From the NCBI GenBank assembly GCA_004022145.1, contig RCNU01000013.1: DNA of 64,000 nucleotides. The stretch is one strand, 5' to 3'. This DNA comes from Paecilomyces variotii (taxonomy: Eukaryota). The number at the start of each line of letters is the position of its first letter. Position 1 is the stretch's first letter. This document shows, piece after piece, positions 39,471-52,027 of the stretch. Position numbers and translations under genes: made by a program. Below the pieces are notes generated by a model. The model saw only the letters and a program-made list of their open reading frames with translations, was not told the origin of the DNA and made no database searches.

Positions 39471-39759
39471 TAGGGATGGCGATTTGAAATTCAAAATGTC
39501 ATGAATTTCAGTAATAAAAAAGATTTTAATTTCACGAAAAATTTCTGAATTTCAAATAGGCACGTGACCGAAATTTTGCGCTTTTACTTATTAATAGTAT
39601 CGTACTTACTATTGGTTATTCTCTTCGCTTAATTTCCTAATACGTCTTTAGCGCGCCCCACTTATGGTCTGTGCGTTTTGAATTTCGAAACGAAAAAAAA
39701 GGGTTGAATTTCAGTATTTCAGTAATAAAAAAGAAAATGTCTGAAATTCACCACCCCTA
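39471..39759. mobile_element. Non-autonomous hAT-type MITE, 289 bp
   Basis: Exact 8-bp TSD CGCTGGAA at 39463-39470 and 39760-39767. Imperfect TIRs: TAGGGATGGCGATTT on the left and TAGGGGTGGTGAATT as reverse complement on the right. AT-rich interior with repeated GAATTTC motifs. Confidence 0.88.
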
Positions 39760-40954
39760 CGCTGGAATAATCACTTGTTAGTAGTAACTATCAGATGTCT
39801 CAGGATCTGAATATCCCTACATTATTGTAGTACGGTAGTAGTATACAGGACCGTTAATCCACATCAACCCATGCAGTGTGTGGGTCCTAAACGTATCGGT
39901 GCCTGACGAAAACTGATATCTCGACTCATGACTATATGCTAGGCAATGAGTATGTCTCTTTCTTTTTTTTTTTTTTTTTTTTTACTTGCCGCTAGCTTGT
40001 TGTGTATATACATGGACAGGATTAGGCCTACGATCAAAGAGTTGAAAACCAGCCGGTCCATTAATCCAGCAGCAATAACCTCAGTCATTCGCCAGCTGAG
40101 CTATTATTCCGCGACTACAGTAACAGTACATACAGCAAGTAGTAGTAGATTATTAGCTGTCAAACAAGAACAGTTCTCCAGGGTCCAGCCGGAGCGGTGT
40201 GGGACCCTTGTAGCGATCTCAAAGGAAGCCAGCGCTATCTGGGTCAGGGTCCAGACTCACGGTGGGGATATAATAGTTGACGTTGTCAAACTCGATGAGC
40301 TTGCACAATCATTCAATGGCACTATATCATGTACTGCATCCGTAGTGGGGAGTCGTACAGTTCTGTTGCTATCTATGTCGCGTTCCGACACCGCATACAT
40401 ATCTCTGATTCAGATAACTAGTCCGGCTCAATGGAGCATTGCAAATTGTCTACAACCGCCGCTGCCGATAGCATCTTGTCTTGTAGACAAATTGTCAAGA
40501 CGTCCGCCAGAAACGTTGAACAATTTCTTGCCTTAGAAGATAGGTAGTGATTTGCCATCTCTAATTGGCAAGGCCCTGGCTGACTGCCTTATGGTACAGC
40601 AAACGGGAATTCCCGCTGCAAGGAACATCAATGAACAGCGTCATGACGTATGCAGCTTGTTCTAATATCGTCTTTTTTTTTTTTTTTTTAGCTTGAGCAA
40701 CAAGGAAGATGAATGAGCAGAATTCACCAAGTAGAAATAGTCCATAGATCTGAATCGCAAAGAAACTACCATGCTCTATCTATCGAAAACCCCCAATGAA
40801 GCCGCAACGCCAAAATGCAATGTTGAGACCCCAGGAATCGCGTGTACCTCCTTGGTTCGCTCTAACTATATATCGCCGATACGATTCCTCAACGGGACAG
40901 TCTGATCCGGAGATACTATCAACACGAGCCGAACTCGTGGCCGCCTGGCAGGAC

Positions 40955-41414
40955 CTAAATAGTCATTCCAGCAATAGCCAGTTCTTCAATCGTTGTATCT
41001 TCCTTAGTATGAGAGTGTGCCTTAGGGCGATGAGGTAGTTGTGCCCTGATCGGATCGTCGCCTGACGAGTTTCGTTGCGCGAGGGTAATGTCAAAAGCAG
41101 GGGTCTTGGACTTGGTAGATTCTTCTATTTTATGCTCTGGATGGACGTCCGCCGCTCGATACACGACTCCCGTGTCAATCACGCTGAGACGTTTCAGCTT
41201 CTCGGACAGATGGCTGTGAAACATTGGCGCTGGTCCATCGTCTTTGTATTTCAGCTACAAAATCAGTGAGCATTGTGGTCACTCTTCACTTCGAAAGGAA
41301 AATGACCTTAGAGTCTGCGTGGCTAGAATCATTATTATTGTGAGTGTCTCCGGCGGGTTCCGCTGCGGATGACGATTTTTCCTGCCGCTCCTTTTCTTGG
41401 CGATGCTTGTCCAT
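40955..41414 (-). CDS. Small hydrophilic hypothetical protein (about 135 aa, two exons)
   Basis: ATG 41414, 36 codons, phase-0 intron 41255-41306 (GTCATT...CTGAT..TAG) joining in frame to ORF 40955-41224. No recognisable domain. Confidence 0.4.
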
Positions 41415-42348
41415 GATATCTGTGATGGCGATGAGAGGCATTGTGAGGATGAGAGAGAGAGAGAGTTGCGTTTTCGAGAACGAAAAGAACGACTGGGAAT
41501 CGTAGCGAGAAAGAAGAGAATCCTATGATAATGGCAATAGATTGGTTCTAACTTATACGATTGATGATGTTTTTTGCAAACGAGCGATGTGATGATATGG
41601 TCGAATAATGGAAGAAATCAGCACAAGACGAGATTGAATCAAGAGCTCATCTGAAATCTCTCCGGTTGTTCTTGCCTACGATGCAATTCGACAAGCAGTT
41701 TGAAGAGGTCCTGGAGCGCCTTCCTCTGGCATCTGCCAAACTGCTAGCTTGTAACTGCCAGTTTGGTATATGCTGATGGTGGTGACTCTCGTGAGCAGTC
41801 GCAGTTTACAAGAGTACAGGTAGATAGGTCGAGATGTGGTTGAGCATGTTTGCGAGCACCAATCGAGCTTTGATGCTGTCGCGAGCCCATCTCGTCGATC
41901 TTGTCATCAGTCTCGGTCGCGGAATGCCAAGTTAATAATAGATAGTTGGATCCCGGTGGAAAACCGGAATTGGTGCACAAAGGCTGTGAAACTGTCTTCA
42001 GAATATGCCATTCGATGCGGACACAGCTGAAGGATGTAAACAGATGTATTATTACGAATATAATATTAATATTGTCTACGGCAGACGATGAAAGAATATC
42101 ATACTCATAAATAAAATTGATTAATGAAGCTGAATTGTGCATCGGAGTTATGACGGTTATCTCCCGGGGCCCAGCCGTCTGCCCGGCGAAAAGTTTTCGG
42201 GTATTCCGTAAACAAGCGTCCCCCAAGTCTCTTCCCGCCCATCCCTTTCGCTCCGTTCTTTGATTCTTATCCTCCACTCCAACAACAGCCATTACCTTCA
42301 CTCTCACCCTCCACTCCTCCCAGCGAACTCGTTCGTTTCGTGTTCAGG

Positions 42349-43659
42349 ATGGCTACTAGTGCTCCCCCGACCTCGACTGGCAGCGCCAAGGTGGATGCTG
42401 TGGCCCAGGAGGCCCAGATGAGCGGTCTTCAGCTCTACTCCAGATTCGCCTTCGCTGGTGCTGTCTGCTGTTCCGTCACCCACGGTGCTCTCACTCCCGT
42501 CGATGTGTAAGTCGCCCTGCGAACATGGAACCCATTGCGACGACCGATTCCCGCGGCGTGTCCGGTGTCAAGGCCCCAACCCGTCCGGTCGACCGCATCC
42601 GTCCCGTCCAAGAGCTCGAAAACTGACGAAGTCGTGTCTGTACAGCGTGAAGACCAGAATCCAGCTGGACCCCGTCACCTACAACCGCGGTCTGATCGGT
42701 GGTTTCCGCCAGGTCATCCAGAAGGAGGGTGCTGGCGCTCTGCTGACTGGTTTCGGTCCTACCGCCGCCGGTTACTTCCTCCAGGGTGCCTTCAAGTTCG
42801 GTGGTTACGAGTTCTTCAAGCAGCAGTTCATCAACCAGCTCGGTTACGAGACTGCTTCTAACAACCGCACTGCCGTCTACCTGGGTTCTTCCGCTCTCGC
42901 TGAGTTCTTCGCTGATATCGCCCTCTGCCCTCTGGAGGCTACCCGTATCCGTCTGGTCTCCGAGCCCACCTTCGCCAGCGGTCTCGTCAGCGGTTTCGGA
43001 AAGATCCTCAAGAACGAGGGTATCGGTGCTTTCTACTCCGGATTCGGTCCCATTCTCTTCAAGCAGTAAGTGGCTCCCTGTGCGCTGCATATGTCATGCA
43101 TAAAAGAAAACAAAATACTAAACGTGTCCTCAGGATCCCCTACACCATGGCCAAGTTCGTCGTCTTCGAGAAGGTTGCTGAGCAGGTCTTCCGCCGCGTC
43201 GACAAGTCCACTCTCTCTGACGGTGCTATCACCGGTGTCAACCTCGGATCTGGTCTCGTTGCTGGTTTCGCCGCCGCCATCGTTTCCCAGCCCGCTGACA
43301 CTATGCTGAGCAAGATCAACAAGACCCCCGGTCTCCCCGGTGAGGGTACCGTCTCCCGTCTGATCAAGATCGGTAAGGAGCTCGGCCTCCGTGGCTCTTA
43401 CGCCGGTATTGGTGCTCGTCTCTTCGTAAGTTGATCCCTTCCTGGCCTTTTTGGGCCTTTCTTTTCTGCACATTGACCAGTCATTAACAACCAATCGCGA
43501 ATGGCAGATGGTGGGTACCTTGACAGCAGGACAATTTGCTATTTACGGAGGTAAGTTTCAATTTTATGAGGTTTTTGTGGTGGTTTATAGAGGACTAACG
43601 GAGGTATAGACATCAAGCGTCTGCTCGGTGCCACGGCCGGTGTGGAGATCGCCAAATAA
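42349..43659 (+). CDS. mir1: Mitochondrial phosphate carrier
   Basis: [79 protein letters not shown]; four introns; strong codon bias. Confidence 0.96.
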
Positions 43660-45789
43660 GGTTGTGCACGTGACATGAGAGCGGAGGTGAAAGTCCCAAG
43701 TGCCACAGCGGGAGTCGGTTCCAAGAAAGACTACTTTGCCCCTGTGGTGGCGCAAGTTAGAGATTTGTATCATACAGGGAAGAAATAGTGAGCTGCATAT
43801 TGATTTACTCGCACAGTGGAACTTGTATCTTCTAGAATTACAGTCGAGGAATATTTATGAACAGGAACGGGTTCTAGATAATAGAAGGATTCGTCTAGTC
43901 GCAATCAAGTACTGATTCAGATCATCAGCCATACCTGGGATAAATAACTATCTTAACATCCACGTTCATTATTATTGCCGCCTATTGGTCGAGCAAGTCA
44001 CGTTCGGGCAGCGGGCCGATTCTGCTGGCCCGCTGCCATACCGCCTTCTCACCGCCTTCCGTCAGCCGCCAGTCTCTAAATCTAATCTGATTACCTAGGT
44101 ACGTACTGCATTCGAAATCAAGCTCCAGACTTCGCGCTACGACAGAAACGATGAATGAAACAGCAGAAACCGGGGGAGGGGGTGTCTATTATTCAGAGAG
44201 CGACAAGCACATAATGGCGAGGCGATGCTGATGCTTGGTATCTGTAGCTCTGTTGCTCCTGAATCAACCACCACAGAACCTCAAAAACATGCAACGGGTT
44301 CCCAACTGCGGAGTAGGAATTTGGATGGGATTTTGGTCGGCTGGTCGGGAGCCGAAGTTCCAGAAGGGCCCCTGAAAGAAGCCTTGTTTGGCTTTGACGA
44401 GGAAAACGCAGCTAGCTACCCTTGGCCTATCGATAGCTTCTTCCCAGTGCATCCCCGGATTTTCTGACAATCATTGTCAGCATCGAGTGCAAGTGATTCA
44501 CAAATGACATCTACTACTGCGGTGGCCTCATTGAACGAGCTCCTCGATCAGAGGCCAACGGACAAAGTTATAGCAGCCGTTCCGTCTTCCATTGAAACTC
44601 TCATTCACAAACATCGCTTTTATGAGCACCCAGTCCAACAGCGGCAGGAAGATGCCGCGAGTAATGGGCCGGCCGAGATGGCCAACATAATGAACACGCG
44701 ACTACGAGACAACCAAGTCAAGCTTCAAAATGCTGTCAACGATCTTATTTACCACTGCTCACCGACTGTCAGGCCAGGGTCTCGATTATCGGATGCCCAA
44801 CAGAGACGGTTCGGAGCATCTACGATTTCCTAGAGCAGTCACTCGCGCCGTATGGAAAAAGCCTCGACAGGGATCTATATCAGGGAATGATACCGACGGT
44901 GAGAAAGGTAGTGCATAGACAAAGTGAAAGACAAAGATAGAATAAAAAACCCCGCAGTTACATACTTCACTAAGATACTCTCCTCTACTGCCTCCTTCAC
45001 TTTCCCCATACAGTATTTTCATTACTTATACGGCCTCTCTCGCCCTTCCTCCTCTTCTCTCCATCCTCTCTCTTGAGCAGCTCTCTTCGGCCAAGTTGAA
45101 TATATATCGAATGTTCTCGTATATCATGCATCAACCTCTTTGTTCAATATAAAACGCGGTAATAGAACAGCTTCTTTTCCTTCTACAACTTCTTAGGACT
45201 TCATCTCCTAATATATGGTAGCATGTCCATCGATTCAGACTTCTACAATTATTAAATCATTGTCTTCTATCGTAAACCATCATTCCTGTTAGCACAGGGT
45301 ATCATCTCCTCGTTTTTTAGTGTTCAGTTAATTCGTGGATTCTCCACAGTAGAGCTCGTGGCGTCGATCATCGCTTTAACTCATCACTTTCTAAAACCCC
45401 ACCAATTGTTGCTATCTAGGTGGTTGTCCCCAGATCATCCTGGACCTCACTTGTGAGTCCTGTGTGCCCTGCTCTGTGACTCGTTACATCGAAAGTCACA
45501 GTCTATTTTATTTAAGTTCTCCCGATATTTCTTTGCAGTAATTACATATCGAGGCCCTCTTTGCGTAGCGGAGGCGTATTTCAAATCCAGACAAATAGAA
45601 CCGTCGGAATCCCCTCCGCAATATATTTTCCATATTATACGCTATAACTTTTACTGCAATTTCTCTACTTACGGCAATGTCCAGCTTTAATTAATTGGTT
45701 CTCTGTATAAATCATTGCTTTTTTTAATTTTCATACTTGAGGGACATTTTATATCCGGCTGTTGCCGTGATTGATGCGTTAAAGAGCGG

Positions 45790-48010
45790 TACTGGCGATA
45801 TCCTGCACAAATGTGGAGATTGGAAAGCGACGCATCAAACCCATCTGCTAAACGAATCACGTCTCCCAGAAGTAGACAAACTCCTCACAAGGACCGATCT
45901 CGAGACCATGCACCTCAACGCTCCAGGGCTATGCTCGCATCATCAGACTCTGGAAGCAATTGTGCGAATACATTCTCAATATTTCAGATGGAGGCCAATA
46001 CTTCGAAAAGGGAGGCCCTTTGCCGACCACAGGGATGCTGCGCCAGTTCATATACTACGTGGCAGATTGCTCGCAGGGACATTCTGAAAACAAAAGGACT
46101 CAATTGACGGCTATCGACTATACGATATCCTTTTTCGGGGCAATGGCATACTGAAACAAGAGCCTCAATAGGGAGGACCCGTTTGTTGAGCCGCAGCGCC
46201 CAGTCATCCCAGAAAGTCCATACAAGCCGAGATCCAAGCGCGATTACCTAGTAAGTGCGACTGTAGGTGAGTATAACCTAACAGAGTTAGGTCTCAGTAA
46301 ACAGACTGTTATCTCGAAACCCATTGTCTATCAAGAAGACTTTTTTTTCATCATTTGAAACCTCCACTGCCCGTTAAAAGATATTAAGTCATATCAATGA
46401 GAGTAATCTTACATGTGGACATATTTATCAATCTCATATTCAATGTGTGCGGGGGAATCCACGAGATTACATCGAAAGAAAGATATCCTGACCAATATCT
46501 TCGCTGGGAGGATCTTCGTGTGTACGCCTTTAGACGCAACGGGATAGTCACTATCTCCGCGACTCTTCGAGTGACTGGATTGAAAGGGTGGAAGAATCGT
46601 ACGGAGAACTACAAAGAGTACATCTTGAACTTGTTGCCTGTCCACATGTGGCCGGAGGACAGCTTTCGGCTGCTGTTGTTCACTGCAATTCTTGACGGGC
46701 ACATCAAAGGTATGTTTACACGGCCTTACTGATTGAGATATCATCATTTTTGCCAAAGCCCAACGACAAAGAGTTAACATCTACTGCGATTATAGGAATC
46801 AATACCTGGACAGAGCCAATGGATCTCGTTGCTACTTGCGATAGCGAGACAGGTGTATTGTTATCCTTTAAGGAGTCTTCTTCAGCGCTACCGCTCATAC
46901 CAAGCCTTGACCATGCCAATGGAGTAGTGCAACAATGTGCTGCGAAACCCGACCTCATTCCCCGTCATCTGCAACGCCTGGGCCGTCTTTGTGGATTTCG
47001 CGACATCCTCAAGAGGTAAGTTAACAAGACTATCGTTCTCTTAAGGTAATATGCTGACCTTTGCCTTCCAGTCACGCGTTCAGACATAGCGCTGCGTTTG
47101 CGCTGGAAGCCACCTGCACCCCAGATGCTCATACCTGGGCTATGGGGCGCGATTTAGGGAGCAACCAGTATATGAAATATATAAAAGCAAGACGTCTACA
47201 GTTGATGTACAGGCCCTCACACGTGGCCTTGAGCCACAAAACGTCGCCCACTTTGGCGGGATCTCGTTGAACTCCGTTAAGTATACACCACAGTCACTCT
47301 CTCCGGAAGGGGAAGATGTCGTCAGAAACCATCCAGATATACAGGATGCTATGAAGACGTACAGTAATGCGACAGACGCTCTAACGGAGAAGTTCGTGTC
47401 TGTCAAGGCGGCTGACAAAGAGAGCCCGGAGTATAAAACCTACATGGCCCCGAGGCCACTCGGATCGTTTCCTCTTCAATACACCAACCTTCCGTGATAT
47501 AAGTAAGTGCTCCCCCCTCTGTATGCGCTTCCTTAGCGCAGCTATGTTGGCGTTCTAGACCTTCCTTCGGCCTATGGTCGTAGGTTCTAGGCCGGATGCG
47601 TTATCTGAGCTGTACTCTGTGTTTGTTGACATGTGCTGTTGTGGCTGGGCTTCTGTCACCCGCGCCAGAATTGTCCCCTATTGCGCGTAGCAGCGTCTCC
47701 CCGGCGCTCCGTGCTCTTGTGTGGCAGTATACTGATAGTGCTTTAGAGTATGGCAAAGAAGAAACTTGGCGCACGGCAACGTCTCCGGGATGAGAACCGA
47801 TTTTGGCCAGGTCGGCTATACAGCCATTCTGGAAGGAGGCCTCTCCATCTGGGGGGAACCAGAAAATGTAAACGCACTCGTGGAGTGTAAAGCCCTTAGG
47901 AGACGTGATGCGATGGCTGTATGCCTACGCAGACTAAGAGCGGAGCAGTTCAAAACTGAATATCAACAGTTTCTCAAAGAAAACGGGCCATTAAAGATGC
48001 CTGCAGAGTA
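45790..48010 (+). pseudogene. Degenerate tyrosine recombinase resembling a DUF3435 Starship captain (frameshifts, stops, insertion)
   Basis: Collinear pieces LRQFIYYVADCSQG, GLSKQ..KPIVYQED, RVILHVDIFINLIFNVCGGIHEI..YLRWEDL..GLKG, LQRLGRLCGF, HAFRHSAA (HxxR box, 47073), MGRD..NQYMKYI (catalytic Tyr region), PQSLS..HPDI..YKTY, RRLRAEQF; relic introns. Confidence 0.75.
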
Positions 48011-48805
48011 ATTCGGACAAAGACCCTCATCGTTCAGACTCTTACAATCAAGATGGTGACATAATCGACCTGGGCTAGCATTTCTATCCCGACCCTAAGA
48101 CTGACTCTGACAATAAGGACGATCAGAACAACGAGGACGATGAGGAAGAGGCACTGGATAGTGAAAATCTCCTTTCTGACTCGGAAACTCATAACGATGA
48201 ATCGGACGACGAACTAGAGAAGCTCAACAGTATTGACGATGGACTCCTCGAAGCTACGGGTGGATATGCAGAATTTGCACCCAGGACTATGAATATGCAG
48301 ACCTATACGACAGCCATATAGTCAAGTGTTGGAGACAGCATATCGTGAAAGAGACCACAGCAAATTCTGTTACAGATCCAGGTAGGCTAAGGTTATATGG
48401 GTCGCGACAACTCCCAATACAACTGGTAATACTGCCAATACTGCTGATGCTAGTAACGAAACTGGCGCTACTACTAATCCCACTGGTCCTACTGGTGGTG
48501 GTAATACTGATCCTACTGGTTCGACCAGTAACCCCAATGCCCAGGCTACCCCATCCAAGGGCACCACCAAAGTCGTGTAAGTCTATTACATATTGATATT
48601 TACTGGTAGTACTATTCCGATTAGTTACAGGAAGAAGAAAATCTGCAACTGCGCGCATCACAAGAAGGAAAAGTGGCCTTACAAAGGGGAGATAGTAAGT
48701 ATTCACGTCTAATCCTTATTGGTTCCATTTGAGAGTACTAATAGCTACTAGGAGAATGGGTAGGCTAACTCGGAGTTCTCCTTTTGGTCGACTGGCAGAA
48801 AGCCA

Positions 48806-51800
48806 TTGAATTACAATGCCCTTGTCGATGAACACAAAGGCGTTCCTTGCGATTGGATGATGAAAAAGGATGGATCTCGCTGTGGAAAGATCTTTTCGGA
48901 TAATGACAAGTTCCGCAGACAGCTATTACAGCACAGCTGGAAACGAGAGCGCTGTAAATTCAGTAATTGTGTTAATAGCTCTCGAGAACTGCCCAACCGT
49001 GACTTGTGGATCGAGCACTTACTAACCTACGTGCACGGAGTTTTATATTTAAAACCTGACAGTCTACTTTTCTACTGCGCATCCTGCGACGACTATATAT
49101 GGTCAGCAACTGCTTATCCCCCGACAGAATTAGCCACTTACCAAACTCGGCCCTTGTTGATATGCGTGCATACGGATATCACGATATCAAGTCAATCCAT
49201 GAAGGAACCGGGCTGTTGAACGTTAGACACCCTTACTTCTGCATTTTCTGTCTATATGATGCCTCTCTTCCTGCAGATTTCCAGATTGTGGTCTATAACG
49301 AATTAACAGGCAAAGCTTATTAAGTCTATGACCAGAAAGATGATCCATTCGCATCCATGCTCCTGCCGCCACCACTGCTACCACTGCTGCCGCTGCCTTA
49401 ACCATTGGGGCGTTTTCTGCCTCTGCGCACTCATTTGATCTTTGTGGGTTTCGAGATATCCTTAAGAGGTAAGTTAACAGGACCCTCGTTCTCTCAAGGT
49501 AGCTATGGACTCTCTTGTCGAACAAAAAAGACGAATACCTTGCGAATGGATGGCGAAAAAGGACAGCACGCGGTGTTTGAAAGATTTTGCAGACAATGAC
49601 AAATACCGGCGCCACATATTGCAGCACAGCTGGAACCAATTATACTGCAATTTCGGCAATTCCAGTAAGTCTCGATCATTGAAGCTTGAAACTCAAGAAC
49701 AATGGCTGCTGCATTGGACACAGTCTATGGCATTCTGTAGCAAAAGCCCGACAGCATGCTATTCTACTATGCATTCCGCAACAGGTACATCTGGTCAGCA
49801 ACCCTCTCGTAGATCGAAAGGAGACACCGCTACTCCAGCTATCTGGATGAGGCCCTCGTTGCAATCTATTTATACAAATACAATAACATCAGGGGCAGTC
49901 ACAAAGGACAGCTGTTTTTGAATCTCCGCCACCCCTGGTTTTGCATTATCTGTGTTCACAACTCCTAGTTCCCTGCAGATGAAAGGATTGGCGTATTCAA
50001 TGAATCAACCGGAAAAGCATATCTGGTCATTGAACAGAAGGATCATCTTCGATGTCATATTTTAGCAATTGAGAACCCGGTTTTCTGCCCTGCTTAAATT
50101 TCTGCTGGCACACATACTCCGTTGTGTAAATCAACAGATTCATATTCTGAAATTTATTTCCGGAAGACAGCCTTCGGCTTCTGTCTCTTAGTATATCGAT
50201 CATCTTCGCGGAACAATTCGGGATTCCGGAGCTAAACCTGATGTCATTCCACAAAAACTTAAATGCCTTAGGAGGATTCCTGGTCTTACTTATATTTTGG
50301 AAAGGTGCGCCTAGGGTAATCTCCATCAATAAGGTTCTCATTCTCTTGAGCTCATTATACTGACTTCTTGGCTTCGCTTTTAGACAATGAGCTCCTCTTT
50401 GAGCTCTTTTACCAGCCGGCAACCAATAAGATGTCACTCAAGAAAGATGACCTTGAAAGTGCCCTTCAGTCTGACATTACAAACGGGAGATTCCCTATCG
50501 TAATAGTTACGCTTTTTCATTTCCATTGGGAAGATGATAATACCAGGGCAGAGTGTGATCTCAAAAGCTTGAAGTCTATGATGGATATACTCGGATACCC
50601 AAAGTCACGAATTGGTCATTGAATCACATGAGGCACAACCTGGGTGGTGTTTGGCCCAGGGACTCGACACAAAAGTTGCGTTGTCGTAGTCCACTACGCG
50701 GGGACACGAGGTGACCAGCCAGTGATCTTGGTAACGAACTACTCTTTACCAATTCCGCGGGGAAAATCGCGAACGCCTCTGCGGTCATGAAAGGATTTCA
50801 AACGTATGATGATGAGGTGGACTTTGATATCCTCATAACTTTTGACTGTTGTTGGAGCTTTTCGGTGAAACGAACTACAAACCCGGAAGCCCGCCGCGGG
50901 TGACATGTTGGAGCCCACTGAGCCTGTTCCGCGAGGCCTTGTATATATATCCTATACTCAAGGCTATTGTCCTGACGTGTAGAGTATATTGACGTATACG
51001 TTTGCATGAGTGCATTTGTGGCATTGGTGTGCTCCTGCATAGCCTTACGGACACTGGATTTTTTATATAACTTTCTCGCTGTGGAAGTGGACAACTTGAT
51101 TTCTTCGTCGATAGATGCAGACGAAGAGGAATTCAGGATGATCCGAACGAGGTCCAGGTAATGTAATCCCTATATGAATAGCTTTCGAGAACTGCCCACT
51201 CGTGGATCGAGCACTTAACCCACGTGCACGGGGTTTCGTACTTGAAACCCGATAGCCTATTCTTCTACTGCGCATTCTGCGACGACTATATACACTGGAG
51301 CGAAGCTCGCTGGGTTTGGATTCCCTAGCAACTGCTTGTCCCTCCGACAGGATCAGCCACTACAGAACACACCTCAACAAGTCCCTCGTTAATATACGTG
51401 CATATACCCTGTCAGCGGTGCCTCTACGGAGTAGAGGAGCACCCTGGCCAGGCGTGGTGCATCTTTGATGCCGGGCGGAAGTGCGCCCACTGCCGGGAGG
51501 TTCACCATAAGTGCCTCTGTAAGTCGCGTCGGCAGTTGTCGCATCTTGAGGGTGTCTTTCCGCTAACGGGATCGCAGATTTCGGATGATGTCGCTGCCCG
51601 CGCTGCCGCCCGTCGCCTCCTTCATATTATGATATCAAGTCAAGGCATAAAGGAAACAAGCTGTTGAACGTTTAGAAACTCTTGGTTCTGCATTTTCTGT
51701 GTATGTGATGCCTGTCTTTCTGCAGATCTCCGGATTACGGTCTATAACAAATCGACAAGCAAAGATTATCAAGTCTGTGAGCAGAAGGACCATCTCAGGA

Positions 51801-52027
51801 CGCATATGCTACAAATACAGAATCCAATCCCATGCCCTGCATCGTTTCTCGCAGGTGCTGATTCGGCCATGTGCCAGTCGACTGAGCTATATTCTGCTAC
51901 CCAACTAGAAGAGCACCTAGTTGATATACATAGTATTCATTTAGCTCAGGTATTGTTGAAGGCGGGCATAAGCCCAAACGTGTTCGTGTGTGCGGGAAGA
52001 AAAAGCAAGAGCTCGGTGCATAAGTAA
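48806..52027 (+). pseudogene. Three diverged, disrupted copies of a Cys/His-rich zinc-finger module resembling the captain C-terminus
   Basis: Copies at about 48806-49350, 49505-50030 and 51175-52027 share HG..YLKPDSLLFYCAxCDDYI, DIKS.H.G..LLNVR, FCIFC.YD..LPAD..I.VYNE.TGKAY. Confidence 0.75.
50431..50900 (+). pseudogene. Fragment of a fungal caspase-like (clan CD) domain gene
   Basis: VTLFHFHWEDD..ECDL..L, VVVHYAG with a frameshift at the expected HG, DILITFDCC. Confidence 0.5.

Noticed and set aside
39946-40536. 196-aa ORF containing a poly-T (poly-Phe) run
   Set aside because: Composition looks non-coding and no homology is recognisable.
42491-43494. Long antisense ORFs over mir1, and similar ones over the ASST, MnSOD, GH72 and MFS genes
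   Set aside because: Shadow ORFs produced by strong codon bias on the sense strand.
44150-44920. Short ORFs between mir1 and the recombinase relic
   Set aside because: Cannot be assigned; may be part of the island but there is no supporting motif.
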